DNA of 52,994 nucleotides from Escherichia coli (GTDB lineage Bacteria; Pseudomonadota; Gammaproteobacteria; Enterobacterales; Enterobacteriaceae): NCBI RefSeq assembly GCF_003334765.1, contig NZ_QOWT01000028.1; one strand, 5' to 3'. Shown piece by piece: positions 46,255 to 52,994 of this stretch (position 1 is its first letter; each line of letters starts with the position of its first letter). The notes under the pieces were generated by a model. It saw only the letters and a program-made list of their open reading frames with translations, ran no database searches and was not told where the DNA came from. The position numbers and the translations under genes were made by a program.

Positions 46255-47205
46255 TTAATCGACTTCACGAATATCGACACGCAGCTCTTTCGGCACTTCG
46301 AAAACAATGTTTTCTTCACGGCCTTCCAGCGGAATGGCTTCACCACCGCCCAGCTGCTGCAAACGTGCCACCACATTTTGCACCAGAATATCCGGAGCCG
46401 ATGCGCCCGCAGTCACGCCGACGCATTTAACCTCTTTCACCCACTCTTCCTGGATATCTTTCGCATCGTCAATCAAAAACGCGCGTTTGCCCATACGCTG
46501 GGCCAGCTCCGCCAGACGGTTGGAGTTGGAGGAGTTTTTCGAACCGACCACCAACACAACTTCCGCCTGTTCTGCCAGGGCGCGTACCGCTTCCTGACGG
46601 TTAGTCGTGGCGTAGCAGATGTCATCTTTGCGCGGACCGACAATTTTCGGGAAGCGTTTACGCAGCGCGTCGATCACATCAGACGTGTCATCCACCGACA
46701 GCGTGGTTTGGGTCATAAAGGAGAGCTTCTCTTCGTTTTTAACCGTCAGTTTCCACACATCGTCTGGCGATTCGACCAGATACATTCCCCCTTCCGGGTT
46801 GCTGTACTGACCCATTGTCCCTTCCACTTCCGGATGCCCGGCGTGGCCGATGAGAATAGATTCTTCGCCACGGCGACTGGCGCGGGCGACTTCCATATGC
46901 ACTTTGGTCACCAGCGGACAGGTGGCATCAAACACCGTCAAATCGCGGCTTTTTGCTTCGTTACGTACCGCCTGAGAAACACCGTGTGCGGAGAAAATCA
47001 GGATCGCGCCGTCCGGTACTTCGCTAATCTGCTCAATAAAGATAGCCCCACGCTCACGCAAGCTATCGACCACATAGCGGTTATGTACCACTTCGTGACG
47101 GACATATATCGGTGCGCCGTAAATGGCCAGCGCGTTTTCAACAATGCTGATAGCGCGGTCTACCCCGGCACAAAAACCACGCGGGTTGGCCAACAGGATC
47201 TGCAT
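46255..47205 (-). CDS. ispH: 4-hydroxy-3-methylbut-2-enyl diphosphate reductase
   Basis: 316-aa protein [42 protein letters not shown]...; start ATG 47205 (the track ORF is N-extended). Confidence 0.95.
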
Positions 47206-47206
47206 G

Positions 47207-47656
47207 TTACGCCTCCAGTGCCGGATCGATTTCCAGCACTTCAATATCAAAATGAACGGTCTGCCCGGCCAGCGGATGGTTGAAATCAACGGTAATGGAG
47301 TCGCCGTTAATTTCGCGGATCACGCCAGGCATCTCACTGCCATCCATTGCGGTAAAAAGCATGATTGCGCCAATTTCTGGCTCGCCTGCATCCATAAATT
47401 CACGGCGGGAGAAGTACTGAATCAGGTCCGGTGACGGCACGCCAAACGCCGCATCTGGCTCCAACGAGAAGGTGGTTTTATCGCCCACTTTCAGCCCCAA
47501 CAGGTGTTGCTCCAGCCCTTCAGAAAGAGAAGCATCACCCAGGCGGAACAGCGCCGGTTTACCGTTGTTGCGGGTAGACTCGGCGGTGGTGCCATCGTCG
47601 AGTTTTAGCGTGAAGTGCACCAGGACGGCGCTATTGCTCTGTACAGATTCAGACAT
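47207..47656 (-). CDS. fkpB: FKBP-type peptidyl-prolyl cis-trans isomerase
   Basis: 149-aa [63 protein letters not shown]... Confidence 0.93.
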
Positions 47657-47686
47657 GCAGGTTTGCTCTTATATTTAAGGATTTTT

Positions 47687-47773
<87 letters not shown>

Positions 47774-47780
47774 GGGTTTA

Positions 47781-48275
47781 TTATTGTTTTTTCGCTTTAG
47801 AAGGTAAAAAACCTTCCAGCACAATCAGTGCCGCACCGACACAAATGGCAGTATCGGCAAGGTTGAAGGTGGCGAAGTGCCAGTCGCCGACGTAGAAGTC
47901 GATCATATCGACAACGAAGCCGTGCCACAGGCGGTCGAACAGGTTGCCCAGCGCGCCGCCAATAATCAGCGCGTAAGCGATATTGTTTAGCTTCTGCGTG
48001 GCCTTCGAGCGATACATCATCACTGCCAGGATCACGCTAATACCAATCGCAATACCGGCAAAGAACCAACGCTGCCAACCGCCGCTATCGGCAAGGAAAC
48101 TAAACGCCGCGCCATAGTTACGCGCATAATGCAGATTAAGCGACGGGAACAGCGGGACCGTATCCCCCAGAGCAAAGTTCTGGAGGATCAGGTATTTGCT
48201 GCCCAGATCGATAATCAGCACGACTACCACCAGCCACAGCCAGCGTAGCCCTGTTGAACAGATCGATTGACTCAT
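47781..48275 (-). CDS. lspA: lipoprotein signal peptidase (signal peptidase II)
   Basis: 164-aa membrane [37 protein letters not shown]...; ATG overlaps the ileS TGA (TGATG). Confidence 0.95.
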
Positions 48276-51091
48276 CAGGCAAACTTACGTTTTTCACCGT
48301 CACCGGCGACGTTGCTGACACAGCGGCCGCAGATTTCTGCGTGTTCCGCCACCTTGCCGACATCCTGGGTGTAGTGCCAGCAGCGTGGGCACTTCTCACC
48401 TTCGGCTTTACTCAACGCGACTTTCAGCCCTTTGAGTACTTCGCTCTGCTGAGCATCAGCAGGTGCGTCGTTATAGTCTGCAACGGTAGCGCCGGAGGTC
48501 AACAGGACAAATCGTAATTCATCGCCCAGCGCGGTCAGTTTCGCCGACAGTTCCGGTTCTGCATACAAGGTTACTGCCGCTTCCAGCGAGCCACCCACTT
48601 TCTTGTCGGCACGCGCTTGCTCAATGACTTTGTTCACTTCGCCACGCACTTTCAACAGCTCGTCCCAGAACGCATCGTTCATCGCTTCACTGTCTGCCAG
48701 GCCAAACAGGCCTTCGTACCACTCACCGGTGAAGACGTATTTTTCACGTTCGCCCGGCAGGTAGCCCCACACTTCATCAGCGGTGAAGGAGAGGATTGGT
48801 GCCATCCAGCGCACCAGCGCTTCTGCGATGTGATACAGCGCAGTCTGGCAGCTACGACGCGCCACACTGTCCGCTTTGGCGGTGTACTGACGGTCTTTGA
48901 TGATGTCGAGGTAGAAGGAACCCATCTCAACGGAGCAGAAGCGCATCAGACGCTGTACCACTTCGTGGAAATCGTATGCTTCGTACGCCTTGAGGATGTC
49001 TTCCTGTGCCGCTTTCGCACAACCTACGGCCCAGCGATCCAGTACCACCATCTCTTCCGGTTTCACCATATCTTTTGCTGGATCAAAACCATTCAGGTTT
49101 GCCAGCAGGAAGCGCGCGGTGTTACGGATACGACGATAGCTATCGGCAGCACGTTTCAGGATCTCGTCAGAAACGGCCATTTCACCGGTGTAGTCGGTTG
49201 ATGCCACCCACAGACGCAGAATATCCGCGCCCAGTTTGTTCATCACATCCTGCGGCGAAACGGTGTTGCCGATGGATTTAGACATCTTGCGACCCTGACC
49301 ATCCACGGTAAAGCCGTGGGTCAGTACCTGACGATACGGCGCTTTGCCTTTCATCGCGGTGGAGATCATTAGGGAAGACATGAACCAACCACGGTGCTGG
49401 TCAGAACCTTCCAGATACATGTCCGCTGCGTGACCGGCAAATTCCGGACGCACGTCAACAACAGAAGAGTGGGTAGATCCGGAGTCAAACCATACGTCGA
49501 GAGTATCCGGCACTTTCACATACTGGTCAGCTTCGTCGCCGAGGATCTCTTTCGCATCGAGATCCCACCACGCCTGGATGCCGTCAACTTCAACGCGTTT
49601 AGCCACTTCTTCCATCAGTTCGAGGGTACGCGGATGCAGCTCTTCCGTGTCTTTGTGCACGAACAGTGACATCGGTACGCCCCAGGTGCGCTGACGGGAG
49701 ATACACCAGTCAGGACGGTTAGCAACCATCGACTCGATACGCGCCTGGCCCCAGTCCGGGATCCACTGCACGCCTTTGATCTCTTTCAGTGACTGCGCAC
49801 GCAGACCTTTCTGATCCATGCTGACGAACCACTGCGGTGTCGCGCGGAAGATGATCGGCGTTTTGTGACGCCAGCAGCACGGATAGCTGTGCTGCATTTT
49901 CTCAACGTGCAGCAGCGCGCCTTTTTCCTGCAGCAGCGCAACGACGATGTCGTTCGCTTTGAAGACGTTCACGCCATCCAGCGTCGGATAAGTGCCCGGC
50001 AGATAAGTGCCGTCCGGGCCAACCGGGTTAGCGGTTTCCAGGCCGTATTTCTGACCGATCACATAGTCGTCCGGGCCGTGGCCAGGCGCGGTGTGAACGG
50101 CACCGGTACCGGCATCCAGGGTAACGTGATCGCCGAGGATTGCCGGAACGTCGAAGCCCATAAACGGATGGGTAAAGCGCAGCAGCTCAAGCTCTGCACC
50201 TTTTACCGTGCCGAGAATGGTGTAATCGGTCACGCCGATACGCTGCATTACGCTTTCAACCAGATCTTTCGCCAGAATCACGGCCTGACCGTCGATCTGC
50301 ACCAGCGCATAGTCGAAATCAGGTGCAATAGAGATTGCGCGGTTCGCAGGCAGAGTCCACGGCGTAGTGGTCCAGATCACCAGCGAGATTGGGCCGTTAA
50401 CGTTGCTTACGCCAAATTTCGCTTTCAGCGCATCCTGATCGACCGCCTGGAAAGCGACGTCAATGGACGGAGAAGTTTTGTCGTAATACTCAACTTCCGC
50501 TTCTGCCAGTGCAGAACGGCAGTCTACGCACCAGTGCACCGGCTTCGCGCCTTTGTGCAGGTGACCATTGCCGATGATTTTGCCCAGCGCGCGGATGATG
50601 TTGGCTTCAGTTTTGAAGTCCATAGTCAGATACGGGTGCGACCAGTCGCCCAGCACGCCCAGACGGATAAAGTCTTTGCGTTGACCGTCAACCTGGGTCG
50701 CCGCGTATTCGCGGCACTTGGCGCGGAACTCGGCGGCGGTGAATTTCTCACCCGGCTTACCGTATTCTTGCTCTACTTTCAGCTCGATCGGCAGACCGTG
50801 GCAGTCCCAGCCAGGCACATACGGCGAGTCATAACCGGAAAGCCCTTTGGACTTCACGATAATGTCTTTCAGAATCTTGTTAACCGAGTGACCAATATGA
50901 ATGCTGCCATTCGCATAAGGAGGGCCATCATGCAGAATGAAGGTTTTTTTGCCTTTTTTAGCCGCACGGATGATGCCGTACAGATCATCATCAGTCCAAC
51001 GCGCCAGCATTCCCGGTTCGCGCTTGGCGAGATCGCCACGCATCGGGAACCCTGTTTCCGGCAAATTCAGGGTTGATTTATAGTCACTCAT
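48275..51091 (-). CDS. ileS: isoleucyl-tRNA synthetase
   Basis: 938-aa [35 protein letters not shown]... with class I HIGH (HIGH) and KMSKS motifs and a C-terminal zinc finger. Confidence 0.97.
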
Positions 51092-51133
51092 CAGATTCTC
51101 GGTTCCGTGTTTCGGTTTGATTACATAACAGGC

Positions 51134-52075
51134 TTAAGCCGGTTTTGTTAGCCCAAAAAATTCGCGGGCGGTTAATTCATCATGCGCAATCTGCGCTTTC
51201 AGTTCGTCCAGCGACGCAAATCGCTGCTCATTGCGTATTTTTTTACGCAGCACTACTTGTATATGGCGACCGTAAAGGTCCATTGCAACATCTAACAAAT
51301 GCACTTCCAGCTGCTGGCGAATACCGGCAACCGTTGGGCGTGTTCCGATGTTTGCCACGCCGGGTAACGGCTTTTCACCGAGGCCCAGCACTTCTACCGC
51401 ATAAACCCCTTTCACCGGGGAAACCTGACGGCGTAGCGGTACATTCGCCGTCGGGAAACCTATAGTGCGCCCTAATTCATCACCGTGGACTACACGCCCG
51501 GAGATGGCAAACGGGTGCCCCAGTAAACTTTCTGCCAGAGCCAGATTGTCATCAGCCAGCGCCTGACGCACGGCGGTGCTGCTGATACGCACACCACCTT
51601 CGCAAAAAGTTTGCGTACTGGTGATATCGAAGCCGTATTCCATGCCAGCTTTCTGTAATAACAAGAAATCGCCTTCACGACCAGCGCCAAAGCGGAAATC
51701 ATCACCTACGGCAAGAAATTTTACGCGCAAATGCTTCACCAAAAGATCGCTGATGAAATTTTGCGCGGTTAACGCCGCAAAACGCCTGTCGAAACGCACG
51801 CACAGCACGTAATCAACGCCACACTCTGCAAGGTAACGCAGTTTTTCCCGCAGCCGGGTCAGTCTTGCCGGGGCTTTATCGGTAGCAAACAGTTCCAGTG
51901 GTTGAGGTTCAAAAAGCATCACCATCACCGGTAAGTTGCGCTTGCGCCCTTCTTCCTGCAAGCCCTGTAACAGCGCGCGATGACCGCGATGCACGCCGTC
52001 GAAATTACCAATAGTCAGCACACACCCTTCTTGCGGGGCCTGGCTGAGATTATGTATGCCGCGTATCAGCTTCAT
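51134..52075 (-). CDS. ribF: bifunctional riboflavin kinase / FMN adenylyltransferase
   Basis: 313-aa ORF MKLIRGIHNLSQAPQEGCVLTIGNFDGVHRGHRALL... Confidence 0.95.
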   Translation of the reverse strand: MKLIRGIHNLSQAPQEGCVLTIGNFDGVHRGHRALLQGLQEEGRKRNLPVMVMLFEPQPLELFATDKAPARLTRLREKLRYLAECGVDYVLCVRFDRRFAALTAQNFISDLLVKHLRVKFLAVGDDFRFGAGREGDFLLLQKAGMEYGFDITSTQTFCEGGVRISSTAVRQALADDNLALAESLLGHPFAISGRVVHGDELGRTIGFPTANVPLRRQVSPVKGVYAVEVLGLGEKPLPGVANIGTRPTVAGIRQQLEVHLLDVAMDLYGRHIQVVLRKKIRNEQRFASLDELKAQIAHDELTAREFFGLTKPA

Positions 52076-52082
52076 GTCTGGC

Positions 52083-52301
52083 TCAAAACAGTGAAAATCG
52101 TCCGAGTATACCTTGTACAGCGGTCAAGGTTAACCGGCGATTGAGTACCGAAATCAGAAAGAAGTGGCTTTTCATTGCCATGGCGCAAATCACGGGAAGA
52201 AACTGACCGCCTGCTGCAATTTTTATCGCGGAAAAGCTGTATTCACACCCCGCAAGCTGGTAGAATCCTGCGCCATCACTACGTAACGAGTGCCGGCACA
52301 T
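52083..52301 (-). CDS. yaaY: small hypothetical protein (YaaY-like), function unknown
   Basis: 72-aa ORF MCRHSLRSDGAGFYQLAGCEYSFSAIKIAAGG... 7 nt upstream of ribF, at the position where K-12 annotates yaaY; no recognisable domain. Confidence 0.5.
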   Translation of the reverse strand: MCRHSLRSDGAGFYQLAGCEYSFSAIKIAAGGQFLPVICAMAMKSHFFLISVLNRRLTLTAVQGILGRFSLF

Positions 52302-52327
52302 TAACGGCGCTTATTTGCACAAATCCA

Positions 52328-52667
<340 letters not shown>

Positions 52668-52693
52668 TCGCCAATTTGCTGAAGCTTTGTGAA

Positions 52694-52719
52694 AAAGCCC
52701 GCGCAAGCGGGTTTTTTTA
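52694..52719 (+). terminator. intrinsic terminator of rpsT
   Basis: Hairpin GCCCGC-gcaa-GCGGGT followed by TTTTTTT. Confidence 0.7.
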
Positions 52720-52918
52720 TGCCTGCTGCTTTTGTGATGCGTGAGAGAACACACTGCCGGTTGCCAGATAGTCAAAAGAGACATGCCGTTGTACTATCTG
52801 AACTCTTCGTGGCTTAAGAATCGTAGAACCATCGGCTGATACATTCTGAACAAGAATATCTACTCAATCTCCAGACTCCCCCACAAAGAATATGGATATT
52901 GTGATACACATTGAGGTA

Positions 52919-52994
52919 GGTGATGCTGCCAACTTACTGATTTAGTGTATGATGGTGTTTTTGAGGTGCTCCAGTGGCTTCTGTTTCTATCAGC
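52919..52994. mobile_element. IS1 insertion sequence, terminal inverted repeat and first 76 bp (truncated by the window end)
   Basis: ggtgatgctgccaacttactgatttagtgtatgatggtgtttttgaggtgctccagtggcttctgtttctatcagc matches the IS1 left end as I recall it. Confidence 0.9.

Overview
This window reads as about 53 kb of ordinary Escherichia coli core chromosome (K-12/B-like, the 0.4-1.6 min region, in reverse orientation to the usual map); I found no novel system. Gene order is thiB(3' end)-thiP-thiQ, yabI, araC / araBAD, polB, rapA, rluA, djlA, lptD-surA-pdxA-rsmA-apaG-apaH, folA, kefC-kefF, yaaU, fixXCBA / caiTABCDE, caiF, carBA, dapB, rihC, ispH-fkpB-lspA-ileS-ribF, yaaY, rpsT, ending inside the terminal inverted repeat of an IS1 element. 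Genes were identified by recognising the translated ORFs; start codons were moved from the ORF-track maxima to internal starts where the known protein N-terminus and a ribosome-binding site support it. Intergenic regions hold REP/BIME repeats, canonical regulatory sites (PBAD/araI, polB LexA box, carAB ARG boxes, a consensus CRP site and a repeated motif array in the cai/fix control region) and several intrinsic terminators. The points worth a second look are small: the thiB reading frame is interrupted by stops in the first 62 nt; the rluA-djlA interval is only 116 bp (no yabP/yabQ-like segment, as far as I recall K-12); a BIME unit is tandemly duplicated between caiE and caiF; and the araA-araD spacer looks shorter than in K-12. 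All comparisons to K-12 are from memory, not from an alignment.
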